Positions 29,404 to 39,104 of a DNA stretch of 47,390 nucleotides are shown piece after piece; position 1 is the first letter of the stretch; each line of letters begins with the position of its first letter. The stretch spans positions 1 to 47,390 of the forward strand of contig JBNMQI010000003.1 of NCBI GenBank assembly GCA_051277905.1, written 5' to 3'. The notes beneath the pieces are model-generated. The model searched no databases. It had not been told where the DNA came from and saw only the letters and a list, made by a program, of their open reading frames with translations. This DNA is from Gammaproteobacteria bacterium. GTDB taxonomy: Bacteria; Pseudomonadota; Gammaproteobacteria; GCA-001735895. The position numbers were made by a program, and so were the translations under genes.

Positions 29404-30186
29404 ATGTATCAAATTAAACGGTCAAAATTAGCGTTCATTGCTTCAAGCTTTATATTCACTAGCTTGATTTCAAATCAGGTTAGTGCTGGTTGGTGGAATG
29501 ATGCGGTTTCAACTGTTAAATCATTAAGTGATGAAGAAATAGTAAAGGAAGTTATAGATAGCGGTCTTGGCAATAGCGCTTTAAATATAGAAGATATGAG
29601 TAAAGCCTTTAAACAAGCTCTAACCATAGGGTCGGAGAAAGTGGTTGCTAGGTTGGGGCAGTTTGATGGTTTTAACGCAGACCCATCTGCTCATATTCCG
29701 TTACCAAAAAATATCGAAAAGGTGCGCAAGACTTTAAATAAAGTTGGGTTATCAAACTACGTTGATGATTTGGAATTAAAGTTAAATCGAGCTGCCGAAG
29801 CCGCCACCCCTGTTGCTAAACAATTGTTTATCGATTCAATTAGCACTATGTCATTCGACGATGTGAAAAGAATTTACGAAGGTCCGAAAGATTCGGCCAC
29901 GCGTTTTTTTTAAACCAAAATGAGCCCTTCACTTAGTTTAAAAATGCAACCGATTGTTGACCGTAGTCTGGCAGAAGTGGGTGCCATTAATGCCTATGAT
30001 CAGGTGATCAAGAAATATCAAAATATCCCGTTTGTACCCGATATTAAAGCAGACCTATCCAAGCATGTCATCGATAAAGGTATGGCTGCTATCTTCCATT
30101 ACATTGCACAAGAAGAAGCAGCAATAAGAAATGATCCGTTAAGGCAAACCAGTGAACTGTTGAAAAAAGTGTTTGGCGCTAAATAG
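29404..30186 (+). pseudogene. DUF4197-like exported protein interrupted by an in-frame TAA at 29911-29913
   Basis: ORFs 29404-29913 and 29920-30186 share a frame (...ATRFF*TKMSPSL...). Family-like motifs lie on both sides: KQALTIG and LNRAAEAA before the stop; IAQEEAAIRNDP and LLKKVFG after it. Confidence 0.8.
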
Positions 30187-30243
30187 ACCTAAGCTGGTTC
30201 ATCACATAACAAAAAGGATCTATCTTTCAATCCATAATCACGC

Positions 30244-31185
30244 TTATATGTCCAAAAAAATAAGCAATGCAGAGAGGCTGATTAGCGACAACAAGGTTGA
30301 AATTACAATCACGCCGCTGGCACGAACGACGAAGGTTTTGTAATGTTGTGCCAGCACGAAAACTGGCACTCCGCATGGCAGCGCAGCCTGCAACACAGCG
30401 ATTGCTGGAAGCGTGCCCTCAAGATCAAAAACTTCGTAGGCTAGCCACCAAGTGATCAATGGATGTATTAGCAGTTTAACGAATACTAGCCATGCGATTT
30501 CGGTTGTTTCACCTTTTACAGAGCAACCAGAAATAAAAAGACCCGCAGCAAATAACGCACAGGGAATATAGGCACCAGCCAGTAACTCAAAAAAAGTCAC
30601 AACTGGCTCTGCTAGTTCAATAGGCTGAGATGAGATAATGAGACCAGCAGTGGTGGCGATTAAAACCGGATTTTTAAAAATCGACTTCAACATTGCTTTT
30701 AGACAGGTGGCAACCTTATCGCTATCGGCACTTTTATCTGCCTCTATCAGAATAATTGCTAGCGGCATGAAAACAGCACCAGTTATTACCGCGCCGATAA
30801 TCCCAGGCACAAAAGCACTGTCACCAAATACCAGAAAAATAATCGGCAGGCCGATATAACCGGTACTGGAGTACATCGCGCTCAGGGCGTGCAAGGCGCG
30901 TCCAGTAAGATGAGTTGGGAAAAAGAAATACGCGATAACTAAGCTGAAGCAAAATGTTATTAACATACCTCCGCCGAGTACGGCTAAGAATGGCCAATTT
31001 AAAAAAACGTTAACCGGCACTTGTGACAACTTTATAAATGCCAGAGCCGGCAATGCGACGATATAAACAAACTGGCTTAAGATGGTGCTACCGCTATTAG
31101 GTAGCACCTTAAAATAACCCACTAGGTATCCCGTTAGCATGATGCTAAAGAGTGGCAGAACGACAGTCACTATTACGTTATTCAA
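30244..31185 (-). CDS. AEC family transporter (possibly MdcF-like malonate permease)
   Basis: FVYIVALPAL, GYIGLP, NPVLIA, VKLLIHP and AALPCG motifs; directly downstream of matB. The substrate is inferred from context only. Confidence 0.85.
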   Translation of the reverse strand: MNNVIVTVVLPLFSIMLTGYLVGYFKVLPNSGSTILSQFVYIVALPALAFIKLSQVPVNVFLNWPFLAVLGGGMLITFCFSLVIAYFFFPTHLTGRALHALSAMYSSTGYIGLPIIFLVFGDSAFVPGIIGAVITGAVFMPLAIILIEADKSADSDKVATCLKAMLKSIFKNPVLIATTAGLIISSQPIELAEPVVTFFELLAGAYIPCALFAAGLFISGCSVKGETTEIAWLVFVKLLIHPLITWWLAYEVFDLEGTLPAIAVLQAALPCGVPVFVLAQHYKTFVVRASGVIVISTLLSLISLSALLIFLDI

Positions 31186-31437
31186 TGGGTAGTTATTCCA
31201 ACGGTTTTAGTCAGGGGGCTTGAAAATCAAGCCTGATGACCGTTAGCTTAATAGAAATAGATGCCATTGCGAAGTAATAGGTGGAAGTCGATAGTGAAGA
31301 ATTATTTAAAAGGAAAAGACAAGCGTCTCGTATAAATCTATGAGTGTGATCAATCGTCAGGCGAGCTGGCCGTAAGCCTGTTTTCCATGTAGTCATTTTG
31401 GCTGAATAAAGAAAACAGTTGAAGTGTAACCTGCAGC

Positions 31438-32979
31438 CTAGTGGTTACCCTGGGTTTTTTTAAAATTATCATTATGATCATTTCGAAGATTATTTTTCAA
31501 GACTTTTCCCATGGTATTTCTGGGGAGTTCATCGACAAAAAATATATTTTTAGGTTGTTTATAGGCCGCTATTTTTTCTTTCAGAATTGCTTTCAAGTTG
31601 CTCTCATTGAGACTCTTACCCGCCTCTAAAACAACAATTGCCAATACCCCCTCACCGAAGTCAGGGTGTGGCACGCCAATAATTGCAGACTCATAAACAC
31701 CCTCAATATCATCAAGGATTAGCTCTATTTCTTTTGGGTAAACATTGAAACCGCCTGAAATGATCAGGTCTTTTGAGCGGCCAACAATGGATAAATAATT
31801 TTTTTCATCTATCACGCCGATATCACCTGTAATAAAGAACCCATCGTCACGGAATTCTTCTTTGGTTTTTTCAGGCATTTGCCAATAGCCTTTAAATACA
31901 TTCGGACCACGGACTTCGACGGATCCAATTTCGCCTTGAGCGAGTTCTTTTCCGGTATCTTGATTTGCCACCCGAACTTCAACACCTGGAAGGGGCATGC
32001 CCACTGTGCCTGCTCGGCGTTCACCATCATAAGGGTTTGACGTGTTCATGTTGGTTTCTGTCATACCGTAGCGTTCTAAAATGGCTGTGCCCGTTACTGC
32101 TTGCCATTGCTTATGGGTCTCAGCTAAAAGCGGAGCAGAACCAGAAATAAACAATCTCATATTAGCAACCGTGTCTCGAGACAGATTGGCCGTTTCTAAT
32201 AATCTGACATAAAAGGTGGGAACACCCATTAAAACGGTGGCCTTTTTCATCAGTGATAAGATAATGTCGCTATCAAAACGGGGCATAAATATCATTGAAG
32301 ATCCTGCACACAGGGTTGTGTTCGTTGCGACAAATAATCCATGGGTATGAAATATCGGTAGCGCGTGAATCAATACATCACGCTCGCTAAAATACCAACA
32401 GTCTTTCAGTGACTGGGCATTTGATGCGAGGTTGGCATGGCTCAGCATGGCACCCTTAGAGCGACCCGTTGTTCCCGACGTATACAAAAATGCGGCTAGG
32501 TCATCTTTATTTCGTGCGACGGCACTAAAATTTTCATTATTAGCGGGCAATGTGTCGATCAGTGTGCCTGTCCCATCGGCGGAAAGAGTCAACACCCTAG
32601 CAACCCCTGAATTGTTAGCCAGTGGTTGTAAAACAGATAATTTTGTTGGGTCACAAACAAATATTCGCGGTTTAGCGTCCGTCAGAAAATATTCAAGTTC
32701 TGAAGGTGTATAGGCAATATTGAGGGGTAGGAAAATACCACCTGCTAACACGGTCCCTAAGTATAATTGTATTGACTCGATCGATTTTTCTACTTGGGCA
32801 GCGACACAGTCTCCAGGCTGTAAACCTGCAATGAGTAGAGTGCTGGCATTTTTTTCTGCGGCATCAAACATCTCTCCGTAGGATAGCGTTGTGCCATCGA
32901 GCATTTCTGCATACAGCGCGTCATCACGATCAACTGAAGCCGCCCTTAAATGATTAGCAAGGTAATTAGAGTCGTACAT
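31438..32979 (-). CDS. matB: Malonyl-CoA synthetase
   Basis: YTSGTTGRSKG, LPIFHTHGLFVA, ERYGMTET..NTSNPY.GERR.GTVG and PRNTMGKV motifs; next to matA. Confidence 0.93.
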   Translation of the reverse strand: MYDSNYLANHLRAASVDRDDALYAEMLDGTTLSYGEMFDAAEKNASTLLIAGLQPGDCVAAQVEKSIESIQLYLGTVLAGGIFLPLNIAYTPSELEYFLTDAKPRIFVCDPTKLSVLQPLANNSGVARVLTLSADGTGTLIDTLPANNENFSAVARNKDDLAAFLYTSGTTGRSKGAMLSHANLASNAQSLKDCWYFSERDVLIHALPIFHTHGLFVATNTTLCAGSSMIFMPRFDSDIILSLMKKATVLMGVPTFYVRLLETANLSRDTVANMRLFISGSAPLLAETHKQWQAVTGTAILERYGMTETNMNTSNPYDGERRAGTVGMPLPGVEVRVANQDTGKELAQGEIGSVEVRGPNVFKGYWQMPEKTKEEFRDDGFFITGDIGVIDEKNYLSIVGRSKDLIISGGFNVYPKEIELILDDIEGVYESAIIGVPHPDFGEGVLAIVVLEAGKSLNESNLKAILKEKIAAYKQPKNIFFVDELPRNTMGKVLKNNLRNDHNDNFKKTQGNH

Positions 32980-33000
32980 TATTCATATCCCTATTAATTA

Positions 33001-34353
33001 TTATTTTAGAAGCTTGTTTATTGAATCTGAACAAATCACTTTTTTATGATTAGCAAAGGCTTCGTGGTTGGGTTCAATTGAGCTGAGGTTGTATAGGTAG
33101 TTAACCATAATACCCCAGGAACTTTTTAGTCTAATTTCACTGCTATCAGCTTCACAATTAATTTGCTCAAGACAGGCGCCATTACCCAAGTGAAAACGAG
33201 CGACATAATCAAATGGGCTGCCATTAGCTTTCTTGGCTTTAAGCAGATACCACGCCGTTAATTTTTTAAGGTTTGAGTGATCGATACCGATTGCATCCTT
33301 TGACTGATTCAGCAACTGGATTGTTTGGTGCAGCGCTTTTGGAATTTCGTCGAGTTTGTTTTGATCAACTTGCTGTTGGACCCAATGTCGCATTTCTGGC
33401 AAAGGTGACAGCGTGACGAATTGACTGAGTTTGGGGAATTCATGGCGCAATTCTTCAACGGCCTGTTTGATCAAAAAGTTGCCAAAAGAAATACCTTGAA
33501 GCCCTTTTTGACAATTAGAGATTGAATAAAATACGGCTGTGTTGGCTTCCGATGGATTGAGTTGTTGGCGATTGTTAGCAAGGATAGGCGCGATCGCAGT
33601 CGGAATTTCGCCAGTAATAGCAACCTCAACAAATATCAGAGGCTCGGCAATCAGTGCGGGGTGAAAAAAACCATAAAGACGTCTATCTTCTGCGGCTACT
33701 CGCAAGCGTAATTCATCCCAACCATTAATTTCATGTATCGCTTCATAACTAATGATTTTTTCAAGGATAAGCGCGGGTGTATTGCTCCAGTTGATTAGCT
33801 TTAATTCTAGGAAGCCCCGATTAAACCAAGAGTTAAAAAGATGTCGGAAATCATTATCAATCTGTTTTAGCTCAGTTGCTTTTTCCATCGCAGACAAAAG
33901 GTCAGCGCGCATTGATACTAAATCCTGCGTTCCACCAGGTGCTCGGTTGAGTCTTCTAATTAATTCTTGGCCTCTGGGTTCACTGGCAATGTGGATGTCG
34001 CGGACGAATTTTTGACTGTGACTTTGGGCGCTAATATCATCAGGATAACTATTAGTAGCAGCTTTAGAATGTTTTTTCCATGCATCAATTATGGCGGATA
34101 AATTGGCTTCATTAACCCCAAATTGTTCCATCATATCTTGAAAGAAAATGCTTTTATCTTCTGTATTTAATCTATTATAACGATCTAATATTTCACGACC
34201 TAGGGCCAGACTAGTGGCTTCGCCTTGCCTGGATAATAATGTCTCACAACGTTCAATTAGGCTCGCCTGCCGATCCTCCACAGGCATAAGAGATCGCCCA
34301 ATATCGCTAACACGAGAAAGTAAATCATTTAATATATAGGCCGCTCTCATCAA
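33001..34353 (-). CDS. matA: Malonyl-CoA decarboxylase
   Basis: YEAIHEI, PLIFVEVA, FYSISNCQ.GL.GISFGNFLIK, FVTLSP, VARFHLGNGA and MVNYLY motifs. Confidence 0.93.
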   Translation of the reverse strand: MMRAAYILNDLLSRVSDIGRSLMPVEDRQASLIERCETLLSRQGEATSLALGREILDRYNRLNTEDKSIFFQDMMEQFGVNEANLSAIIDAWKKHSKAATNSYPDDISAQSHSQKFVRDIHIASEPRGQELIRRLNRAPGGTQDLVSMRADLLSAMEKATELKQIDNDFRHLFNSWFNRGFLELKLINWSNTPALILEKIISYEAIHEINGWDELRLRVAAEDRRLYGFFHPALIAEPLIFVEVAITGEIPTAIAPILANNRQQLNPSEANTAVFYSISNCQKGLQGISFGNFLIKQAVEELRHEFPKLSQFVTLSPLPEMRHWVQQQVDQNKLDEIPKALHQTIQLLNQSKDAIGIDHSNLKKLTAWYLLKAKKANGSPFDYVARFHLGNGACLEQINCEADSSEIRLKSSWGIMVNYLYNLSSIEPNHEAFANHKKVICSDSINKLLK

Positions 34354-34461
34354 AATCCTCCAATCGTCAGTTTTGATAGTCAGTTATTAGCTACTGGAAA
34401 CAGCAATAAAATTACAGTATAAAAATAATATGATTATTCACTTTTATGTATCAAGGAAAAA

Positions 34462-35220
34462 TCATCTTTCTGTAAGGAGAAACCCACCACCTGGCGCAAC
34501 AGGCTTAAGTTTCAATGTGTTTAAGATTTCATACGTGGTTGCAACCGCTGCTGAAATAGTTGGAATACCGGAGGCCTTCTCTATTTTTTCAATAGAAGGT
34601 AACGATGGCATTTGAACACAGGCAGATGCAATAATGGCATCGACACCGGTCACATCAAGCTTCTTCCAAAGTTCGGCGGGTGCATTAGGGTCCTGAGCCG
34701 CCACTTCGAGGTTGTCTGGAATTTCAAGTGCGATAAAATCTCTAACTTCAATACCCTCACTTTCAATGTAATCCACAACCATCTTAGTGAGTGGTTTCAT
34801 ATACGGGCATATAATCGAGACTCTTTTAGCACCCATGGCATGTAACGAATTAATCAAAGCGCCTGCCGAGCTTACTGTAGGCGTTGGCCTGCCATTGGCA
34901 ATGCTAGCGTCGTAAAGCCTCTGTTGAGACACATTATGATAACCAACGCCACGACTCATAATAGCGACTAGGCAAGCATAGGCTTGCACCTCAACGGCAG
35001 CATCTGATAATTCAGCAGCACAGCGTAAACTATCATCATCCATCCGTTCTAATTCTTCTTTAGAAACGTTTTTCATGCGCATTCTAGATGAATGAAACGT
35101 AAACCGATCAGGTAGTATATTTTGACGAGCCTGCAATAAGGCTGGAATTTCCGTTTCCATAGTCACATTTGAGCTTGGCACAATAAGCCCGATGCGACGG
35201 TACGAATTTTGTGAATTCAT
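34462..35220 (-). CDS. maiA: Maleate cis-trans isomerase (Asp/Glu racemase superfamily)
   Basis: IVPSSN.TMETEIPA, RFTFHSSRMRM, AYACLVAIM, PYMKPLT, DNLEV and SACVQMPSL match MaiA/NicE as I recall them, with both catalytic Cys present. Start at 35220 or 35235. Confidence 0.88.
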   Translation of the reverse strand: MNSQNSYRRIGLIVPSSNVTMETEIPALLQARQNILPDRFTFHSSRMRMKNVSKEELERMDDDSLRCAAELSDAAVEVQAYACLVAIMSRGVGYHNVSQQRLYDASIANGRPTPTVSSAGALINSLHAMGAKRVSIICPYMKPLTKMVVDYIESEGIEVRDFIALEIPDNLEVAAQDPNAPAELWKKLDVTGVDAIIASACVQMPSLPSIEKIEKASGIPTISAAVATTYEILNTLKLKPVAPGGGFLLTER

Positions 35221-35280
35221 AAAAGTTAAATCCAAATTAAAACGTTTAGGGATGCCCTGATTAATTCAGGGCCTCCTAGG

Positions 35281-36597
35281 TTATAAGGACGTTCCCATGA
35301 GCATATCGGGCAGCCAGGTTGCCAAGCTTGGCATTAGGCAGAGTAATAAAATAGCGACCACCATGCAGGCAACAAAGGGTAAAGATCCAAGCAAAATAGA
35401 TTTCAATGGTATCTGCGGCGCTATGCCATTAATGACATAGAGGTTTAATCCGACAGGGGGTGAAATCAAACCGATTTCCATATTGATTGTCAGCACCACA
35501 GCAAACCAGATAGGGTCAAAACCTGCGTTAATAATAATAGGCAATAAAATTGGAGACGCCATTAAAATGACCGCTACCGGTGGCAGAAAGAATCCTGCAA
35601 ACAAAAGAAAAATGTTGATAACGATCATCAAGTACCAGCGGTTGATGTCGAGAGTGCCAATCCATTCTGCGATTGATTGGGTAATAGAGAGACTGGATAG
35701 CATGTACGAGAATACGCCAGCTGCAGCGATGATAAACAAAATCATCACGCTCTCTTTCGTACTATCTCGTAGCACTAGCCATAAATCTTTAGGACTGGTG
35801 AGACGATAAATAACAATCGCGATGACAAGACAAAGCAAGGCCCCGACCGCCGCAGTTTCGGAGGGTGTCGCAATACCACCATACATGGAATAAAGTACGC
35901 CGATAATAATTGCGATGAACGGTAAGACGCGAGGCAAAATTTCAAACTTTTCGCGCCAACTATATACGGTCTTAACCATTAGGGCCTGATTGCCAGAACG
36001 CCAAGTCGCATAGATTGACCAGGCCATAAATAGGGCCACTAGCATTATACCGGGAATTACACCGGCTAAAAATAAGCGGCCAATAGATGTTTCAGTCGCA
36101 ATACCATAAACAATCATAGTAATGGATGGTGGGATCAAAATACCCAAGGTGCCTCCTGCGGCAATAGAGCCTGCTGCAATTCCTTCAGGGTAGCCACGTT
36201 TGAGCATTTCGGGAATGCCCATTTTACCGATAGCCGCACAAGTCGCAGGGCTAGAACCTGACATGGCAGCAAACATAGCGCAGGCTCCCAGGTTGGAAAT
36301 AACCAAGCCACCCGGTACGCGAGTTAACCAGCGTTCTAGTGCTTCATAAAGGTCAGCCCCCGCTCTGGTGGATGAAATTGAGGCGCCCATGATGATAAAC
36401 ATGGGGATTGATAACAGAGCAAAACTATCAAGCTTACCAAAGAATATTTCAGGCATTAATGCTAAAGACGGGGCGCCATCAAATATTAAAATAAATAAGC
36501 CAGAGACAACCAATAAACCAACACCAACCGATATGCCAGAAAACAGTATTAAAATGGTCGTGATGCCAACCAAGGCACCTAATAAAAGTGGATCCAT
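35281..36597 (-). CDS. dctM: TRAP transporter large permease (malonate-type)
   Basis: IPMFIIMG, SGSSPAT, GGTLGILIPPS, ATPSE and GLISPPVGLNLYV motifs. Confidence 0.93.
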   Translation of the reverse strand: MDPLLLGALVGITTILILFSGISVGVGLLVVSGLFILIFDGAPSLALMPEIFFGKLDSFALLSIPMFIIMGASISSTRAGADLYEALERWLTRVPGGLVISNLGACAMFAAMSGSSPATCAAIGKMGIPEMLKRGYPEGIAAGSIAAGGTLGILIPPSITMIVYGIATETSIGRLFLAGVIPGIMLVALFMAWSIYATWRSGNQALMVKTVYSWREKFEILPRVLPFIAIIIGVLYSMYGGIATPSETAAVGALLCLVIAIVIYRLTSPKDLWLVLRDSTKESVMILFIIAAAGVFSYMLSSLSITQSIAEWIGTLDINRWYLMIVINIFLLFAGFFLPPVAVILMASPILLPIIINAGFDPIWFAVVLTINMEIGLISPPVGLNLYVINGIAPQIPLKSILLGSLPFVACMVVAILLLCLMPSLATWLPDMLMGTSL

Positions 36598-37151
36598 TAC
36601 TTTTCTCCTAGGCCAAAAGGGGCTTCGATTTTTAATATAATGGCGACTAAATCAGCCAGTAGCTGCAATATGAGCAATCCAAAACCTATGGGTAAAGAGG
36701 AATAAACAATCCATAAAGACGGGGCCCAAACACTATCTGAGGTCCATCCACTAGTAAATGCTAAGTGCCAAAACTCGAAGCTAAACCACAACATGATTGC
36801 AATTGTGATGATAGAAATCGAGTAGGTGAATATGGCTAAGAAATATCGCCCAACGGCAGGCAGCATAAGAGGAATCAAATTGACATTAACATGGCCTCGC
36901 AATTGCTGGACAAATGGCAATCCAATCAGCGTGGCAGCGACAATTAAAAATACCACCGCTTCTGTTTGCCACACAGTGGAACCATTAAGAACAAAGCGAA
37001 CAAAAATCATTTGGCATGTAATGGCAATTGCCATTAGAGTCATCCCAGCCGAGCACCAGCCAGACAAGGTCGACAGAAAAGAAACTACTTTAAAAAAAAA
37101 GTACTTTTGTTTTTTATCGATAGGAGGATTGATGTGTAAATCAGCGCTCAT
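36597..37151 (-). CDS. dctQ: TRAP transporter small permease
   Basis: Four TM helices with RFV, WQTE and GHVNV. Start at 37151, because the longer ORF runs into the upstream hairpin. Confidence 0.9.
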   Translation of the reverse strand: MSADLHINPPIDKKQKYFFFKVVSFLSTLSGWCSAGMTLMAIAITCQMIFVRFVLNGSTVWQTEAVVFLIVAATLIGLPFVQQLRGHVNVNLIPLMLPAVGRYFLAIFTYSISIITIAIMLWFSFEFWHLAFTSGWTSDSVWAPSLWIVYSSLPIGFGLLILQLLADLVAIILKIEAPFGLGEK

Positions 37152-37187
37152 GTCATTACCTACTTTATTCTTTAAGCCAGTTTTAAA

Positions 37188-37223
37188 GGCCTTTCTTTGC
37201 AATCGTTAAGGCAAAGAAAGGCC
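37188..37223 (-). terminator. Stem-loop between dctP and dctQ (partial terminator or stabiliser)
   Basis: Perfect 13-bp stem GGCCTTTCTTTGC/GCAAAGAAAGGCC with a 10-nt loop, starting 12 nt after the dctP stop. Confidence 0.75.
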
Positions 37224-37235
37224 AGTTACTTTTTA

Positions 37236-38231
37236 CTACTTAACAGACAGGGCCATATCAAGTAATTTTTGACCACCTTCTACAGAGTTTACAAATTCTT
37301 TGTAAGATGTTTCTTCTGCAATAGCACGCCATGCATCAAAATCAGTTTGAGTCATTTCTGCAATTTCAACACCAGCTTCACGAAAGATTTCTGTTGATTT
37401 AGCATCTTGTGTTTTAGCTTCTTCTAAGTAAAACGCTTCGGCTTTTTTGGCAGCCGCTAGTAATGCTGCTTGTTGCTCTGCATTTAAATCGTCAAATTTA
37501 TCCTTACTCATGATGAGTGGCTGGTATAAGAACCACAAAGCTATATTTTTAGACGCAGGGGTATAACACTTTACTTGCTCATATATACGGTAGGATACGA
37601 AAGATGATGATGAAGTATTAGCCGCATTTAGAACGCCAGTTTGCATGGCACTATAGATATCGGCTGAGCTCATAGAGGTAATTGAAGCACCGGCGCCTAT
37701 CAACATTTGTTCAAAAGATTTTCCTGCAGCCCGTATTTGCAAACCTTTAACATCATCAGGTTTAACAATACATTTGTCTTTACCGACAAAACCACCCGCA
37801 AGATAACCGTGCACCAAAACCATGACGTTATCTTCTGCCATTTTTTCCTGTAACGCATCCATGAATGGTGATTGAGTCAGTCTCGCTGCATGATCATGGT
37901 TTTTTACCAAGCCCGGCATTAGAGTCAAGCTAACTGCTGGTTGCTGTCCTGCAGCGTAGCTCAATGGAAAAACTGACATATCTAATAAATTACGGCTAAT
38001 AAAGTTATATTGCTCCTTCGGTTTAACCAATGACTTTGAAGGAAATATTTTAATATTAAGATCGACACCTGCAGCTGCTACTTCATCTGCAACTATTTGT
38101 GCCACCTTGTGGCGCACATCTTTTGTTGACCATTGATGTGACAGTTTGAGCTCAGTGGCATTAGCCGCTGACCCCGATAAGATTAATATTGCACCGAATG
38201 TCACTTTTTTAATTGTACTTAACTGAAACAT
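37236..38231 (-). CDS. dctP: TRAP substrate-binding protein (malonate-type, MatP-like)
   Basis: Signal peptide, LKLSHQW, KGLQIRAAG (conserved carboxylate-binding Arg) and IYSAMQTGVL. Confidence 0.92.
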   Translation of the reverse strand: MFQLSTIKKVTFGAILILSGSAANATELKLSHQWSTKDVRHKVAQIVADEVAAAGVDLNIKIFPSKSLVKPKEQYNFISRNLLDMSVFPLSYAAGQQPAVSLTLMPGLVKNHDHAARLTQSPFMDALQEKMAEDNVMVLVHGYLAGGFVGKDKCIVKPDDVKGLQIRAAGKSFEQMLIGAGASITSMSSADIYSAMQTGVLNAANTSSSSFVSYRIYEQVKCYTPASKNIALWFLYQPLIMSKDKFDDLNAEQQAALLAAAKKAEAFYLEEAKTQDAKSTEIFREAGVEIAEMTQTDFDAWRAIAEETSYKEFVNSVEGGQKLLDMALSVK

Positions 38232-38276
38232 TGCTATTTCTCCCCATTTAGTTGAGCGTGGATAGTATAGTCTGAC

Positions 38277-38290
38277 GTATACATATACAA
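38277..38290. promoter_or_regulatory. Degenerate MatR/MdcY-type GntR operator
   Basis: GTATACATATACAA contains overlapping partial matches to TTGTATACAA, the malonate-regulator motif as I recall it, in the divergent dctP/gntR spacer. A further TTGTAT half-site lies at about 38326. Confidence 0.4.
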
Positions 38291-38360
38291 CCTATAAAAA
38301 TACATATAGGATTGGACTGAAGACATTGTATGATTAAATAATATTTTTATACTCAAATGA

Positions 38361-39017
38361 ATGGAACAATTCATGACACGCGCTGCCGATAAACTAATAT
38401 CACAAATCACCCAAGAAATTTCTTCGGGGTTGTTACGGCCGGGTGATCAGCTCGAAGAAGCCGCTTTAGCAGAAAAGTTTAATGTATCACGAACACCTAT
38501 TCGAGAAGCCATTAGAGCAATGGTTGGGCTGGGTCTACTTGAAACCAAACCAAGAAAAGGCGCAATTGTTCGAGTCTTAACATCCAAAGAGTTGCTTGAT
38601 TTATTCGAAGTGGTGGCTGGTTTAGAAGGCATGGCTTGTCGGTTAGCCGCAGCAGGTCTCACCGAGGGGCATGCGGAAGCGATTCAGAAGGCGTTGGGTA
38701 ATTGCAGTGCAGTGGCTGGAACCGCTGATAAAGTTCAATACAGTCTTGCCAACCTAGAATTTCATGCGGCGATTCATGCAGCGACAGATAACCACTGGCT
38801 AATAGAGCAGCTCCAGCATATTGGGATACACATCAATCCCTATCGTTCTTTACCTTATGACCTTCGTGGGCGCCTTACAAAGTCAACAGAAGAGCACGCT
38901 GCTATTTGTGAGGCAATTCTGTCTGGTGAAGGCGACATTGCGAGCGAGTTAATGCGCAACCACATCATGCTGCAGGGAAAACGCCTACCGTTTGTGCTCA
39001 AACTTTTGGCACAGTAA
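38361..39017 (+). CDS. matR: GntR (FadR/FCD) family regulator, probable malonate operon repressor
   Basis: wHTH LRPGDQL.E..LA..FNVSRTPIREA, FCD motifs N.EFH..I and EH..I; divergent from the TRAP-matAB operon. The symbol rests on context. Confidence 0.8.
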   Translation: MEQFMTRAADKLISQITQEISSGLLRPGDQLEEAALAEKFNVSRTPIREAIRAMVGLGLLETKPRKGAIVRVLTSKELLDLFEVVAGLEGMACRLAAAGLTEGHAEAIQKALGNCSAVAGTADKVQYSLANLEFHAAIHAATDNHWLIEQLQHIGIHINPYRSLPYDLRGRLTKSTEEHAAICEAILSGEGDIASELMRNHIMLQGKRLPFVLKLLAQ

Positions 39018-39104
39018 TTTTTTATAGGTTACCAAATAGCTAGGCCATTAAAGCTAGTATTATGCCTACCACTAAAATTTCAGTTAGATTTTAGCCAATG
39101 GGCT

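Noticed and set aside
31211-31396. 61-aa intergenic ORF between matB and the AEC gene
   Set aside because: No motif or clear ribosome site, and it overlaps a hairpin. It cannot be supported.
34462-35220. Arylmalonate decarboxylase as the identity of the racemase-family gene in the malonate operon
   Set aside because: That enzyme has one catalytic Cys. This protein has both Cys motifs and MaiA-type sequence throughout.
35254-35272. Hairpin GCCCTGA-TTAAT-TCAGGGC between dctM and maiA as a terminator
   Set aside because: The stem is real but no U-tract follows directly on the coding strand, so it was not called a terminator.
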